64,000 bases of DNA from NCBI GenBank assembly GCA_002451555.1, contig DKCU01000123.1:7-64006 (forward strand), read 5' to 3'. This document shows, one piece after another, positions 41,343-52,782 of this stretch; position 1 is the first letter of the stretch, and each line of letters starts with the position of its first letter. Source of the DNA: Candidatus Segatella albertsiae. GTDB taxonomy: Bacteria; Bacteroidota; Bacteroidia; Bacteroidales; Bacteroidaceae. The translations under genes were made by a program, and so were the position numbers. The notes under the pieces are model-generated. The model ran no database searches, was not told the DNA's origin, and saw only the letters and a list, made by a program, of their open reading frames with translations.

Positions 41343-42413
41343 CTAAACATTTAGACGTTTCTCTTCATCCTCATGTTCTCGTATCTCTCCGATTTTCTTG
41401 GAGGTACTTAGCAAGCCACAGGCTGCATAGATGTCCTGTCCTCGGCTGGCACGAATTGTTGTAAAAACACCATGGGAAGTGAGATAGTCACGGAACTGCT
41501 CCATCTTCTCGTCATTCACACCCTTCAGCGGAATGTCTGGGATTTGGTGGAAGCGAATGAGGTTGAATCGACAGTCAAGTCCCTTCACGAGCTTGATGAT
41601 GGCCTTGGCATGTTGCATACTGTCGTTCACGCCCTTGAAGACGATGTACTCGAAAGAGAGGCGACGCTGGTGGGAGAAGTCGTAGTTACGCAAGAGCTCC
41701 ACCACCTGCTCGATGCCCATGCCTCTCTCTGCAGGCATCAGTTCGGCTCTCTCTGAAGGAATCGGGTCGTGCATACTGATGGCAACATGACATTCGCTTT
41801 CCTCCAAGAATCGCTTCAACTTGTTCTTGATGCCCACAGAGCTGACCGTGATGCGCTTCGGACTCCACGCCCAACCATAATCTGCCGTCAATATTTCCGT
41901 GGCACGAAGCACATTGTCCAAGTTATCCATCGGCTCGCCCTGTCCCATAAACACGATATTGGTCAACTTATCGACCTCGGGCAAGGAATAGATTTGGTTC
42001 AAGATGTCACCTGCCGGAAGGCTCCCCTCGAAGCCCTGCTTGCCAGTCTGGCAAAAGAGACAATTCATCTTGCACCCCACCTGCGAGGAGACACAGAGCG
42101 TGGCACGATCCTTGTCTGGAATATAGACCGTCTCCACAAACTTGCCGCTACGGGTAGGAAACAGATACTTGATAGTACCATCCACAGAGTGCTGTGCGTC
42201 GGAAAATCCGAAGCATCCTATTTCATATTCAGCAGCCAACTTGGCGCGATTGGCCTTCGAGATGTTAGTCATCTCGTCGATGCTCTTCACATGCTGTCCA
42301 TACAGCCACTTAGCTATTTGTCCACCCGTGAAAGCAGGCATGCCCAAATCCTTGGCCACCTGCTTCAATTCTGCCAATGTAAGGCCTAGAAGATATTTTT
42401 TTTCATTATTCAT
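41343..42413 (-). CDS. rlmN: 23S rRNA m2A2503 methyltransferase (radical SAM)
   Basis: CVSSQVGCKMNCLFC, MGQGEP, AACG. Confidence 0.96.
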   Translation of the reverse strand: MNNEKKYLLGLTLAELKQVAKDLGMPAFTGGQIAKWLYGQHVKSIDEMTNISKANRAKLAAEYEIGCFGFSDAQHSVDGTIKYLFPTRSGKFVETVYIPDKDRATLCVSSQVGCKMNCLFCQTGKQGFEGSLPAGDILNQIYSLPEVDKLTNIVFMGQGEPMDNLDNVLRATEILTADYGWAWSPKRITVSSVGIKNKLKRFLEESECHVAISMHDPIPSERAELMPAERGMGIEQVVELLRNYDFSHQRRLSFEYIVFKGVNDSMQHAKAIIKLVKGLDCRFNLIRFHQIPDIPLKGVNDEKMEQFRDYLTSHGVFTTIRASRGQDIYAACGLLSTSKKIGEIREHEDEEKRLNV

Positions 42414-42417
42414 ACTG

Positions 42418-42455
42418 CAAAGATAGTGTTTTTTGCTGAAAAAGTGTTATCTTTG
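42418..42455. promoter_or_regulatory. Divergent -7 promoter elements (rlmN / GT2 fusion)
   Basis: TATCTTTG on minus (42418-42425) and on plus (42448-42455). Confidence 0.7.
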
Positions 42456-42482
42456 CCACATATTTTAATATAAAACACGAAA

Positions 42483-45400
42483 ATGAGAGAAAAAATAGAC
42501 CTTTTCTTGCCTTGTGAAGACATTGAAGTGGCCAAAGAGACACTAATTGAACTTCACGACAACAAGACCGTACAACATATCAATCTCTTGGTAAGTAGCG
42601 ACTTCGCCGCTCACAACCAAGTGCCAAATGGTTGCACATTCGTGGTCATCGACCGCATGGAGAGTTCCAACACCATCACAAGCATCGCAGAGAACACTGA
42701 TGCCGAGTATGTGATGATTTGCACCAAGACCACTCCTATCCGTTGGGGACTGTATGCCTTGGAACGTTTCTTGCGCACAGCAGATGACACGAACGCCATC
42801 ATGGTTTATGCAGACCACTATTCGCTTGTCAAAGAAGAAAACGACCCTGAAGGAACTCTTTCCGATGGAAAGCTCGTCAAGCATCCCGTCATCGACTACC
42901 AGCAGGGCAGTCTGCGCGATGACTTCGACTTCGGAAGCCTATGGCTCGTCAAGTCGAAAAACTTGCTCGACTACGTTGCACAGGCAGACCGCATCGACTA
43001 CCAGTATGCAGGTCTCTACGACCTACGTCTCTACCTGAGCCGCATGGGCGAAATTTTCCACATCAACGAATATCTTTACACAGAGGACGAGCTAGACAAC
43101 CGCAAGAGTTGCGAGAAGCAATTCGACTACGTGAATCCTCGCAACAGAGAGGTACAGATAGAGATGGAACGTGCCTGCACCTTGCACTTGGAGAAAGTGG
43201 GTGCCTTGATTGACACCAATTTCTATCGCCAGCCCGACTTCGACGAGCAGGAGTTTGACAACGAGGCATCTGTCATCATCCCGGTCTATAACCGAGAGAA
43301 AACCATCGCCGATGCCGTTAAGAGCGCATTGAGCCAGAAGACCAGCTTCAAGTACAATGTCATCGTGGTCAACAATCATTCCACTGACCGAACAGGTGAA
43401 ATCTTGCATGAGCTGGCACGAGACCTGGAAGTTAGAAACGACAAACAGGCAGGACACCTCATCCAGATAGTGCCTGAGCGCAAAGACCTTGGCATCGGTG
43501 GATGCTGGAATATCGCCATCAACAGCGATTACTGCGGCAAGTTCGCCGTGCAATTGGACAGCGACGACCTCTATTCGTCACCAAAAACACTCCAAAAGAT
43601 AGTCGATGCCTTCCACAAGCAGAAAGCAGCCATGATCATCGGTTCCTACCGGATGTGCGACTTCGACTTGAACACCTTGCCTCCAGGACTCATCGACCAC
43701 AAAGAATGGACCGACGACAATGGATGCAACAACGCATTGAGAATCAATGGCCTTGGTGCTCCTCGTGCATTCTTTACGCCACTGGTTCGCCAGATACAAT
43801 TTCCTAACACCTCATACGGTGAGGACTATGCCTTAGGATTAGTATTCTCTCGACGCTACCGCATCGGCAGAATCTACGACGAATTGTATCTCTGCCGTCG
43901 ATGGGGCGGCAACAGCGACGCAGCCCTCAGCATCGACCGCATCAATGCCAACAACCTCTATAAGGACCGCTTGCGCACCATGGAACTGAAGGCTCGCCAA
44001 CAGATGTTGCAAGGCAAGGCAGACATCATGGAAGATACCAGCATCTCACGTTTCTTCAACCGACAGTTGGAGAAATGGGCTGACGCACGCCATCGCTTCC
44101 GTGACCTGAAACACGTGGAGACCCACCAACTCTCAGAGCAGATAAAGCTGCAGTGGAACCCAGCTCGCATCGTGAGCACAGGAGCCAAGATAGACAAGAA
44201 GACCTTGGGCGAGCGCCCTTGTTTCTTGTGTGAGAAGAACCGTCCGAAGGAACAAATGACCAAACAGATAGACGAGCAATTCCAACTTTTGGTCAACCCC
44301 TTCCCTATCCTGCCTGTCCACTTCACCATCCCAGCCCGCAAGCACCAACCACAAGCCATATATAAGAACTATGGAGAGATGCACCGTTTCTTGAGCCTGC
44401 ATAGCGAACTGATGATATTCTACAATGGTCCGAAGTGCGGTGCTTCCGCTCCCGACCACCTACATTTTCAGTCAGGAACGAGTGGCATACTCCCACTACA
44501 GGCAAACTGGCAACGTCTGAGCCGCAACCTGACTGACGTGGTTTCACTCAACGACGACGAGAAAATCGCAGTGCTCAGAGACTTCGTGGTACCTGCCTTT
44601 GTCATCATCTCCAAGAGCGAGGACAGTGACGAAACTCTCTTCCAACGTCTCTACAAGTCGATGCCGACGCGTGGCGACGAGACGGAGCCGATGATGAACA
44701 TCGTGGCTTGGCGCAAAGGAGAAGATTACATCAGCGTCGTGATTCCGAGAGAGAAGCATCGCCCAGAATGTTATTTTGCCGAGGGCGACGGTCAAGTATT
44801 GGTATCGCCTGGAGCCTTGGATATGTCTGGGCTCATCATCACGCCTCGAGAGGAAGACTTCCGAAAGTTGGACCAGAAGAAAGCTACTGCCATCCTACAG
44901 GAATGTGGCATCTCCGAAGACAAGATGAATGTGATAGTATCCAAGCTCAAGGCATCCAAAGAGACTGAAACGACAGTAGGAATCTCCTCCTTATATAATA
45001 ATGGTAAACAACCAAATGTGACTGTGGGTATCGTGAGTGGTCAGAAGATTCACTTCTCGCTCAACAAGCCTTACCTTGCCAAGGGCGAGGAAGTAATCGG
45101 CGAACAAGAGGTGGAATTTTCTGAAGGAGGTGTGCTCTGGAACGGCAACCAATACAGCAAGCTCACTTTCCATCCGCAAAGCAACGACGCCTCGTTCTCG
45201 CTAAGCGATGTGACCATCGGCGTCAACTTCCACTGGGAGCGCAAGGAGACGCAAACGTTCCTGGGTACCTTACGCTTCGTCGTGGAGGCGGACAAGATTT
45301 GCGCCATCAACGAACTTCCTGTGGAGAAATACTTGGAAAGTGTGATTTCGAGCGAAATGAGCGCCACTTCGAGTCTGGAACTATTGAAGGCACACGCCGT

Positions 45401-46349
45401 CATCTCTCGCTCATGGCTTCTAGCTCAGATGAAGAAGCGCCGCGAGGTAGCAGAGAGCGGCAACAACTTCTTCTCGTTCGTCAAGAAAGAAGACATGCTC
45501 ATCCGCTGGTACGACCGAGAAGACCACACCATCTTCGATGTCTGCGCCGACGACCACTGCCAGCGCTACCAAGGCATCACCAAGGAGACTTCTCCACACG
45601 TGGCAGAGGCCATCCGTCAGACCAAGGGACAGATATTGATGGACGGCGACGAGATTTGCGACGCCAGATTCTCAAAGTGCTGCGGCGGTGTGACCGAAGA
45701 GTTCCAGTACTGTTGGGAGAACACGCCGAAGAGATACCTTGCTAGCATCAGGGACCAGGTAAGTGAAGAACGAAGAATGAAGCGTGAAGACTCCATCTCT
45801 CTTCACGCTTCACTTCAAGACGAGGCGACCGCCGAGGCATGGATTCGCTCCAATCCTCCAGCTTTCTGCAACACGCAGGACAAGAAAATCCTTTCCCAGA
45901 TGCTCAACGACTACGACCAAGAGACAGCGGACTTCTATCGTTGGAAGGTGACGCTCAGTCAAGAAAAGGTTCAGCAGTTGCTCGAAGAAAAATTGAAGCT
46001 GAACGTGGGTGAAGTCCTCGATTTCAAGGCCATCGAGCGAGGCAAGAGCGGACGCATCAGCAAACTGCAAATCATTGGCTCCGAGAAGACATTCACCATC
46101 GGCAAGGAATTGGAGATACGCCGCGCGCTCAGCGACAGCCACCTCTACAGCTCCGCTTTCGTGGTAGATAAGTACGATTTGGACGAACAGGGAGTTCCTC
46201 AAAGATTCGAACTTATCGGAGCTGGTTGGGGACATGGTGTGGGACTCTGCCAGATAGGAGCCGCAGTCATGGGCGAACAAGGCTTCAGCTACAACGACAT
46301 CCTTCTGCACTATTACCAAGGAGCTGAAATCAAGAAACTCTATAAGTAA
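42483..46349 (+). CDS. Fusion of GT2 glycosyltransferase, DUF4922 (HIT-like phosphorylase) and SpoIID/LytB domains
   Basis: SVIIPVYN...QLDSDD...GEDY (GT2); [23 protein letters not shown] (DUF4922); [10 protein letters not shown]...[29 protein letters not shown] (SpoIID). Confidence 0.85.
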   Translation: MREKIDLFLPCEDIEVAKETLIELHDNKTVQHINLLVSSDFAAHNQVPNGCTFVVIDRMESSNTITSIAENTDAEYVMICTKTTPIRWGLYALERFLRTADDTNAIMVYADHYSLVKEENDPEGTLSDGKLVKHPVIDYQQGSLRDDFDFGSLWLVKSKNLLDYVAQADRIDYQYAGLYDLRLYLSRMGEIFHINEYLYTEDELDNRKSCEKQFDYVNPRNREVQIEMERACTLHLEKVGALIDTNFYRQPDFDEQEFDNEASVIIPVYNREKTIADAVKSALSQKTSFKYNVIVVNNHSTDRTGEILHELARDLEVRNDKQAGHLIQIVPERKDLGIGGCWNIAINSDYCGKFAVQLDSDDLYSSPKTLQKIVDAFHKQKAAMIIGSYRMCDFDLNTLPPGLIDHKEWTDDNGCNNALRINGLGAPRAFFTPLVRQIQFPNTSYGEDYALGLVFSRRYRIGRIYDELYLCRRWGGNSDAALSIDRINANNLYKDRLRTMELKARQQMLQGKADIMEDTSISRFFNRQLEKWADARHRFRDLKHVETHQLSEQIKLQWNPARIVSTGAKIDKKTLGERPCFLCEKNRPKEQMTKQIDEQFQLLVNPFPILPVHFTIPARKHQPQAIYKNYGEMHRFLSLHSELMIFYNGPKCGASAPDHLHFQSGTSGILPLQANWQRLSRNLTDVVSLNDDEKIAVLRDFVVPAFVIISKSEDSDETLFQRLYKSMPTRGDETEPMMNIVAWRKGEDYISVVIPREKHRPECYFAEGDGQVLVSPGALDMSGLIITPREEDFRKLDQKKATAILQECGISEDKMNVIVSKLKASKETETTVGISSLYNNGKQPNVTVGIVSGQKIHFSLNKPYLAKGEEVIGEQEVEFSEGGVLWNGNQYSKLTFHPQSNDASFSLSDVTIGVNFHWERKETQTFLGTLRFVVEADKICAINELPVEKYLESVISSEMSATSSLELLKAHAVISRSWLLAQMKKRREVAESGNNFFSFVKKEDMLIRWYDREDHTIFDVCADDHCQRYQGITKETSPHVAEAIRQTKGQILMDGDEICDARFSKCCGGVTEEFQYCWENTPKRYLASIRDQVSEERRMKREDSISLHASLQDEATAEAWIRSNPPAFCNTQDKKILSQMLNDYDQETADFYRWKVTLSQEKVQQLLEEKLKLNVGEVLDFKAIERGKSGRISKLQIIGSEKTFTIGKELEIRRALSDSHLYSSAFVVDKYDLDEQGVPQRFELIGAGWGHGVGLCQIGAAVMGEQGFSYNDILLHYYQGAEIKKLYK

Positions 46350-46403
46350 GGTTGAGTGTTGAATGTTGATTCAAAATCAAACAGAATTAAAGAACAGAAA
46401 AAA

Positions 46404-47720
46404 ATGAGTAACAGCAACAAGCGGAATCCATGGACATGGATTCCGACCCTTTACTTTGCCGAAGGCTTGCCTAACATTATCGTGACAGGTCTCTCCGTTG
46501 TGATGTACATGCAGATGGGACTGACCGATGCCGAGGTAGGTCTCTTCACAGGATGGCTCGCACTTCCATGGGTCATCAAGCCCTTGTGGAGTCCTTTCAT
46601 CGACCTCTTGAAAACCAAGCGTTGGTGGGTCTTGACAATGCAAGCCCTCATCGGCGCATCGCTTGCGGGCATCGCCTTCGCCATCCCTACGGCCTTTTGG
46701 TTTCAGGCGACCATGTGTCTCTTTTTCATTATCGCCTTCTGCAGTGCCACGCACGACATATCGGCAGACGGTTTTTACATGATTGAGTTGGACGAGCACA
46801 ACCAGACCAAGTTTGTTGGTTTGCGAAACACATTCTATCGCCTCGCCATTATCTTCGTCAATGGATTTTTGGTTATGCTTGCAGGAGTGCTTCAAGTGAA
46901 GTTTCGCAATCAGATTCGCTTCTCTTGGGCTTTGATATTCTATGGATTGGCAGGTATTTTCATCGGATTGTGGCTCTACCACAGTCGATTCATGCCACGC
47001 CCCGAGGAGGACACACAGACCGACAGGACCGTGAGCGAAGTGGCTCATGAGTTGAAAAATATGTTCCGCACCTTTTTCGAGAAATTCAGTATCAAGGAAA
47101 CCATCTGCGTGATGTTGTTTCTCTTGTTCTATCGTTTTCCTGAAGCATTGCTCAACACGATGACCAAGACTTTCATTCTTCGTCCCAACTCACAAGGCGG
47201 CCTGGGTATGTCGCCACAAGAATATGGACTTGCCAATGGCACCGTAGGACTTATAGGTTTGCTACTGGGTGGCATCATCGGTGGTATTTTGGTTAGTCGG
47301 GACGGCATGAAGAAATGGCTGTGGCCTTTGGTCTGCGCCATCACCCTACCTGATGTGGTGTATATCTACTTGAGTTACTCGCTCAACAGCGACATCATCA
47401 TGGTTTCGACCTGCCTCTTCATCGAGCAGTTTGGCTACGGACTGGGCTTCACCGTCCTCACGCTCTATATGCTATACTACAGCCAGGGCAAGTTCAAGAC
47501 CTCCCACTACTCCATCTGTACAGGAATCTCTTACTTAGGCTTGATGCTTCCGGGCATGGTGTCAGGATACTTAAAGGATGTTTTGGGCTACCGCCACTTT
47601 TTCATTGTCGTAATGGCATGTTGCGCCATCACTTTCTTGGTTACAGCTTTCTTAAAGATTGATCCTAACTTCGGAAAGAAAGAAAAAGAAAATACCTTGA
47701 ATGAAAAAGAAAGTATTTGA
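46404..47720 (+). CDS. ampG: AmpG-like MFS muropeptide permease
   Basis: LYFAEGLP, PWVIKPLWSP, SATHDISADG; start moved to ATG 46404. Confidence 0.85.
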   Translation: MSNSNKRNPWTWIPTLYFAEGLPNIIVTGLSVVMYMQMGLTDAEVGLFTGWLALPWVIKPLWSPFIDLLKTKRWWVLTMQALIGASLAGIAFAIPTAFWFQATMCLFFIIAFCSATHDISADGFYMIELDEHNQTKFVGLRNTFYRLAIIFVNGFLVMLAGVLQVKFRNQIRFSWALIFYGLAGIFIGLWLYHSRFMPRPEEDTQTDRTVSEVAHELKNMFRTFFEKFSIKETICVMLFLLFYRFPEALLNTMTKTFILRPNSQGGLGMSPQEYGLANGTVGLIGLLLGGIIGGILVSRDGMKKWLWPLVCAITLPDVVYIYLSYSLNSDIIMVSTCLFIEQFGYGLGFTVLTLYMLYYSQGKFKTSHYSICTGISYLGLMLPGMVSGYLKDVLGYRHFFIVVMACCAITFLVTAFLKIDPNFGKKEKENTLNEKESI

Positions 47721-47732
47721 TAGTATGACAAG

Positions 47733-47773
47733 ACGTATGATTGTAATGCAAATGCTAGCAATCATACGTTTTT
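47733..47773 (+). terminator. Intrinsic terminator
   Basis: acgtatgattg / caatcatacgt followed by a T-run. Confidence 0.75.
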
Positions 47774-47931
47774 AGTTAAAAGTTGCAAATACAAAGCAAA
47801 TAATTAAGGAAATACTTGCAACTTTGGAAATATTACAATATCTTTGCAATCGAAATGATAATCAGTGATTAAAGATATTACTGACATATCGTATCATGAT
47901 GAATTATTAACTAATTATATACAAATACATT

Positions 47932-48474
47932 ATGAAAGAATTAAAAGGAACTAAGACAGAGAAGAATCTCCAGGAAGCGTTTGCAGGTGAGTCACAGGCA
48001 CGTAACAAATATACATATTTCGCTAGCAAGGCAAAGAAGGACGGCTACGTTCAGATAGCTAATATCTTCGAGGAGACCGCTGCCAACGAGAAGGAACATG
48101 CCAAGATGTGGTTCAAGTATTTGGAAGGCGGTGCCATTCAGGACACTGAGAAGAACTTGGAAGCCGCAGCTAATGGCGAGCACGACGAGTGGACAGAGAT
48201 GTACCCACGCATGGCGAAGGAGGCTCGCGAGGAAGGCTTCGAGGAGATTGCCATCAAGTTTGAAATGGTAGCAGAAATCGAGAAGCACCATGAGGAGCGT
48301 TATCGCAAGCTCTTGAAAAACGTACAGGACAAGCTCGTTTTCTCTCGTGACGGCGATTGCATCTGGCAATGCGCCAACTGCGGTCATATCTGCGTAGGCA
48401 AGCAGGCTCCTGAGGTTTGCCCAGTGTGCAACCACCCACAGAGCTACTTCCAGATTGAGGCTCAGAACTATTAA
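47932..48474 (+). CDS. rbr: Rubrerythrin
   Basis: [28 protein letters not shown] rubredoxin domain. Confidence 0.96.
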   Translation: MKELKGTKTEKNLQEAFAGESQARNKYTYFASKAKKDGYVQIANIFEETAANEKEHAKMWFKYLEGGAIQDTEKNLEAAANGEHDEWTEMYPRMAKEAREEGFEEIAIKFEMVAEIEKHHEERYRKLLKNVQDKLVFSRDGDCIWQCANCGHICVGKQAPEVCPVCNHPQSYFQIEAQNY

Positions 48475-49553
48475 AGTTTATCCAATAGGATTTCAATCAA
48501 TCTAGGAATTCCATATTGATTCATATCGCTCTCTTTTATCCAAATGTAATCATTAGATAAAAGAGGGCGTTTTTCTGTTTCCAACAGATAAAAGTCTGCC
48601 AAGAGTATGCGATGCGTAAGAATATGCTTTACATTCTTCGCCTTTAATATCAAAGGTGAATCAAAAGCGTCCAGTTCAGCAATATCAGAAACGTTATAAG
48701 GTTCCCAAAGTCCTTGCCAAATATCTCCCTCGCCTCTGCGGTGGATGGCAACCAATGGCTCTTCTCCATGACTACTACCCTCCAAGTTTTTATACCTTAT
48801 ATATATATAGGTGAGATGACGAGTCTTCACTTTTACCGATTTCTCCTTTACAGGAAGTTCGGAAACCTTCCCACTTCGATATGCCTCACAAGTTTCAGAC
48901 AATGGGCAAATCAAGCACTTAGGAGATTGTGGCGTACACTGGATCGCACCAAAATCCATCATCCCCTGATTATAGGCTGAGACTGGTGATAATTCCATAT
49001 CAAATCCGTTTGGGCGAATTCTCTCTGCATTATTGACGATTGGCAACAGAGACTGCGCCAACGCTGCAAACTCCTTCCTACCCTGTGTAGAATTGATAGG
49101 TGTTTCAATACCAAAATATCGGGAGAGTACTCGATATACATTGCCATCGACCACTGCGGCTGGAAGATCGAAGGCAAAGGAACCGATGGCCGCTGCCGTA
49201 TAATCGCCCACTCCCTTCAAGGACTTGATGGTTTCTAGGGTATCTGGAAATCCACCTAATTCTACGATTTGCTTGGCTGCTGTATGGAGGTTGCGAGCAC
49301 GAGAATAGTATCCCAACCCCTGCCAAAGCTTCAAAACCTCGTCCTCACTTGCGGCAGCAAGGTTTTCTACCGTGGGATAATTTTGCATGAATCGCTCCCA
49401 GTACTCCCAACCTTGCGCAATGCGAGTTTGCTGGAGGATGATTTCGCTCAACCAAATGGCATAAGGGTCCTTGGTTTCGCGCCAAGGCAAGTCTCTGCCA
49501 TTCTCACGAAACCAAGAAAGTATTGTATTTGAAAAGAAAGAGTTGTCGCTCAT
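48471..49553 (-). CDS. mutY: A/G-specific adenine glycosylase
   Basis: [20 protein letters not shown], HhH GVGDYTA, VDGNV, 4Fe-4S Cys motif, HILTH. Confidence 0.95.
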   Translation of the reverse strand: MSDNSFFSNTILSWFRENGRDLPWRETKDPYAIWLSEIILQQTRIAQGWEYWERFMQNYPTVENLAAASEDEVLKLWQGLGYYSRARNLHTAAKQIVELGGFPDTLETIKSLKGVGDYTAAAIGSFAFDLPAAVVDGNVYRVLSRYFGIETPINSTQGRKEFAALAQSLLPIVNNAERIRPNGFDMELSPVSAYNQGMMDFGAIQCTPQSPKCLICPLSETCEAYRSGKVSELPVKEKSVKVKTRHLTYIYIRYKNLEGSSHGEEPLVAIHRRGEGDIWQGLWEPYNVSDIAELDAFDSPLILKAKNVKHILTHRILLADFYLLETEKRPLLSNDYIWIKESDMNQYGIPRLIEILLDKL

Positions 49554-49628
49554 CACCTTTTTATCCTTTTACTTTTTTACCTTTTTACTTTTTTACTTTT
49601 TTACTTTTTTACTCTTTTACCTTTAAAA
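49554..49628. repeat. (TTTTTACY)n-like short tandem repeat, about 8 units
   Basis: Fills the whole mscS-mutY intergenic gap. Confidence 0.85.
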
Positions 49629-49629
49629 A

Positions 49630-50943
49630 TTACTGCTCTGGATACTGCTGATAGATAGTCAAACCAAACTCGGCTGCCAACGCATACGCATGTTCCATGA
49701 TGTCAGCGAGGATGTGTTCGTAATTGACCCACACCTTATCTTTGACGAAGAAATAAAACTCCATCGGAAGGCCGCATTGAGTTGCCTCCAACTGGCGAAC
49801 CATCAAGGTCATTTCCGTATTCACTTCCGGACGCTCACGGAGGTACTTCTCCATATATTTTCTATATAGTTGAAGATTGGTTGGAGCAAGAGCTGCAGGG
49901 TTCAATAAATCTACATTTTCTACCCTTTCGCCCTCCTCCATCACTTTCTCAGCCTGTTTTAACGAGTCGGAAGAAATCTCGGAGACCTGAAGTCCATTCT
50001 TTGCCAAGGCCTTTTGCAAAGAGTCTTTCAACTTGAAGGAGTCTTCTGTGGCGAAATGCTTCTCCAAAAGACTTTTCTTCAAAGCCTCATCAACCAATCG
50101 TATGCTTCGAAAATCAAAATACAACTTTCGCTGCACTCGTCTTCCCCCACTCTTCTGCATACCAATCCAGTTTTGGAAAGAGCCATTCACCAAGGTGGTA
50201 GGCGAGATGGTGACGATGGTATTGTCGAAGTTGCGCACCTTCACAGTCGTGAGCGACATCTCTTCCACGATTCCATTGGCATCCACCGACTTCACGGTTA
50301 TCCAATCGCCCTTGTGAAGCATATCGTTGCTTGTGAGACGCACACCCGAAGCCAATCCCGTAATGGTGTCCTTGAACACCAGCATCAATACGGCGGAAGT
50401 AGCGCCCAAGCCTGCGAACAAGGTCATCGGATTCTTACCAAGCAGGATGGCGATAACCACGACACCAGCCACGAAAAGCATCAACACACGAAGAACGCCA
50501 CAGAAGGTGTGAAAATACTGTTGTGCAGAAGAGCGACGCTGCCCCGTCTCCTCCAATCCCTTGAAAGAACCGATGAAGACCAGAGCTGTACGCACCGACA
50601 TCACCACGATATAGATGCCCGTAGCTCTCTCCAATATTTCCTTGAATATGGGGTATTCCAAGTAGATGAGCGGCATGAGCGACCATATCACTACAGCTGG
50701 AACGATGTGGCAAGCCGAAGTAAGCACCTTTTTGTTGAGAAGGATGTCATCCCAAGTCACCTCTGTCTTCTCGGTGATCTTAGAAATCAATGGCACCAAT
50801 ATCTTACGACACAAGAAATCACTCAGCATCGCCAGCAAGATGGCGGTAATGGTGAGCAACACATGACGAAGCATCGGTACATAATCACCAGCGATGCCTG
50901 TCCAGCCTATCATTTCATCTACAAACTTACGAATCTCCTCCAT
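49630..50943 (-). CDS. MscS family mechanosensitive channel (YbdG-like)
   Basis: AGLGATSAVLMLVFKD, GDWI, VRNFDNT, RRVQR, GLPMEFYFF. Confidence 0.9.
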   Translation of the reverse strand: MEEIRKFVDEMIGWTGIAGDYVPMLRHVLLTITAILLAMLSDFLCRKILVPLISKITEKTEVTWDDILLNKKVLTSACHIVPAVVIWSLMPLIYLEYPIFKEILERATGIYIVVMSVRTALVFIGSFKGLEETGQRRSSAQQYFHTFCGVLRVLMLFVAGVVVIAILLGKNPMTLFAGLGATSAVLMLVFKDTITGLASGVRLTSNDMLHKGDWITVKSVDANGIVEEMSLTTVKVRNFDNTIVTISPTTLVNGSFQNWIGMQKSGGRRVQRKLYFDFRSIRLVDEALKKSLLEKHFATEDSFKLKDSLQKALAKNGLQVSEISSDSLKQAEKVMEEGERVENVDLLNPAALAPTNLQLYRKYMEKYLRERPEVNTEMTLMVRQLEATQCGLPMEFYFFVKDKVWVNYEHILADIMEHAYALAAEFGLTIYQQYPEQ

Positions 50944-50955
50944 AACATTATAATA

Positions 50956-50994
50956 TTTTTACTTTTTTACCTTTTTACCTTTTTACCTTTAAAA
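50956..50994. repeat. (TTTTTACY)n short tandem repeat, 4 units
   Basis: tttttact tttttacc tttttacc tttttacc tttaaaa. Confidence 0.85.
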
Positions 50995-52293
50995 CTACGG
51001 TTGACAAAGCAATTCACATACCTTATCGGCAAAATTACGAGCATTGTTGCTATGCATGATACCATTGTTGATAATCGAAAAACAAAGGTCGTGCCCATTT
51101 GCAGCCTTGCAATATCCAGCCAGACCGATGACACCTTCCACGGTACCCGTCTTTGCCTTCACATTTCCATGTGCGAAACCAGAGCGCATGCGCTTCTTCA
51201 AGGTTCCATCGACACCAGCCACAGGAAGCGAAGGCTTGAGATGAGGCAAGATGTTCTCATTCATAAATGCATAGCGAAGCAACTTCACTTCTAGTTCGGC
51301 GCTTACATAATTATAGAGCGACAAGCCCGAGCCATCAGCCAATCGGTATCTCGCAGGGTCGAGTCCCACCTTACGAATCAACTGCTTCTCCACGCTCCTG
51401 GCACTCTTGGCACTTGCAGGTCGGTTACCCGTCGAAGCCGCGATCTGATAATACATGCTTTCGGCATAAAGATTGTCACTATCCTTCATCATCTTGTGCA
51501 GAATCTGATCCATGGTATGGAAACGGGTGCAGACGGTAAAAGCACTCGGTGGACAGCGCTTGACGGAAGCTCCGAAACCAGCATACACGATGCCCGCATC
51601 CTTCAACTTTGTCAGGAACCTATCCATGAAATTATCCTTGCGACCGAAGACCAAGGGCGAAAGCACAGGGTTGTCGTCATCCCAGCACCAGCCCTCACCC
51701 AACAAGTCCTCGTCTTTCATCGACCTGTCTGCATAGATGCTTCCTTGGATGCTATCCACTCCCATGTCCTTCAGACTGGTCACAAAAGCCGTCATATCGT
51801 CGTTGTTGAATCGTGGGTCCATGCCACCCACGCAATAGATGTCACCTTTCAGGACTCCATTCTCGATGGTTCCCGTATATTTCAAGGTGGTCTTGAATTG
51901 ATAAGAACCACCCAACTTATCCAGTGCCGTTATCGCAGTGACGAGTTTCATGGTGCTGGCAGGACGCATCAACTGACGCTCACGGAAGCGATAGATGCAC
52001 GAATCCGCCTCCAAGTCCCAGATCATGATGCCTACTTGCGAGGTTTCGAACATCTTGCTCTTCAAAAGTTTGTCCATGCCCACCTGTACCGTATTAGGCC
52101 AAGCCAAATGCAAGTCAGCTGCCGACAAAGAATCGACCCAAGTAGAATCCTCAGTTTCATCGTCATCAGCACCTTCCACAACCTCCTCGTCATTTCCGTC
52201 ATCAGAACGAGTAACAACTTCTTGAGCACTCATCGGTATGCACAACAGCATCGCAGCCGACAAGCACAAAACATATCTAAATATTTTTTTCAT
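50995..52293 (-). CDS. dacB: D-alanyl-D-alanine carboxypeptidase/endopeptidase (PBP4, S13)
   Basis: PASTMK (SxxK), SDN, DGSGLS, KTG. Confidence 0.93.
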   Translation of the reverse strand: MKKIFRYVLCLSAAMLLCIPMSAQEVVTRSDDGNDEEVVEGADDDETEDSTWVDSLSAADLHLAWPNTVQVGMDKLLKSKMFETSQVGIMIWDLEADSCIYRFRERQLMRPASTMKLVTAITALDKLGGSYQFKTTLKYTGTIENGVLKGDIYCVGGMDPRFNNDDMTAFVTSLKDMGVDSIQGSIYADRSMKDEDLLGEGWCWDDDNPVLSPLVFGRKDNFMDRFLTKLKDAGIVYAGFGASVKRCPPSAFTVCTRFHTMDQILHKMMKDSDNLYAESMYYQIAASTGNRPASAKSARSVEKQLIRKVGLDPARYRLADGSGLSLYNYVSAELEVKLLRYAFMNENILPHLKPSLPVAGVDGTLKKRMRSGFAHGNVKAKTGTVEGVIGLAGYCKAANGHDLCFSIINNGIMHSNNARNFADKVCELLCQP

Positions 52294-52344
52294 TTCTATC
52301 TATTCTAATTTCTCTTATCTATTTTTTTCTCGAATTCATCAAAT

Positions 52345-52782
52345 CTATTTGGTATTTGACACCTTATCAATAATCTCAATTCTTTTCTCGATTTCTTTTA
52401 CAAAGGCTTCCTCATTATCAGGCAACAAACTCGCAATACGTCTCGCCCCATATTCGATGACAAGCGCATGATCCAGTCCCATGAGCGTCTTCATCGGTTC
52501 CACGCGCACGATGTCGCATACAGGAATCGTCTTCTTGCTAGAAAACCTTCCTTCATCCACGACAATGAAATCCATCTCCTCGTCACGGTCGATGGGTTTC
52601 ACACGCCTGAAAGTATAAGTGGTATTCAATATCCGTTCTATCATCCCCACGATGACGATGGCGAGCAAGATGCCCACGATGGCCATCTTGACCCAGAAGA
52701 AATACCCTGCCAAGAGAGTAAACACACCTATGCCACACTTCGCCGAGACGGTGAAACGCTTATGGAAAGTTCTGTCTGTCAT
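52345..52782 (-). CDS. Hypothetical membrane protein, two TMs plus possible PH-like domain
   Basis: Two hydrophobic segments; C-terminal IEYG...PDNEEAFV. Confidence 0.6.
   Translation of the reverse strand: MTDRTFHKRFTVSAKCGIGVFTLLAGYFFWVKMAIVGILLAIVIVGMIERILNTTYTFRRVKPIDRDEEMDFIVVDEGRFSSKKTIPVCDIVRVEPMKTLMGLDHALVIEYGARRIASLLPDNEEAFVKEIEKRIEIIDKVSNTK

Noticed and set aside
47851..47869. Fur/PerR-like box (aatgataatca) at the rubrerythrin promoter
   Set aside because: Only 12/19 match to the E. coli Fur box in AT-rich DNA; plausible but not supportable from sequence alone
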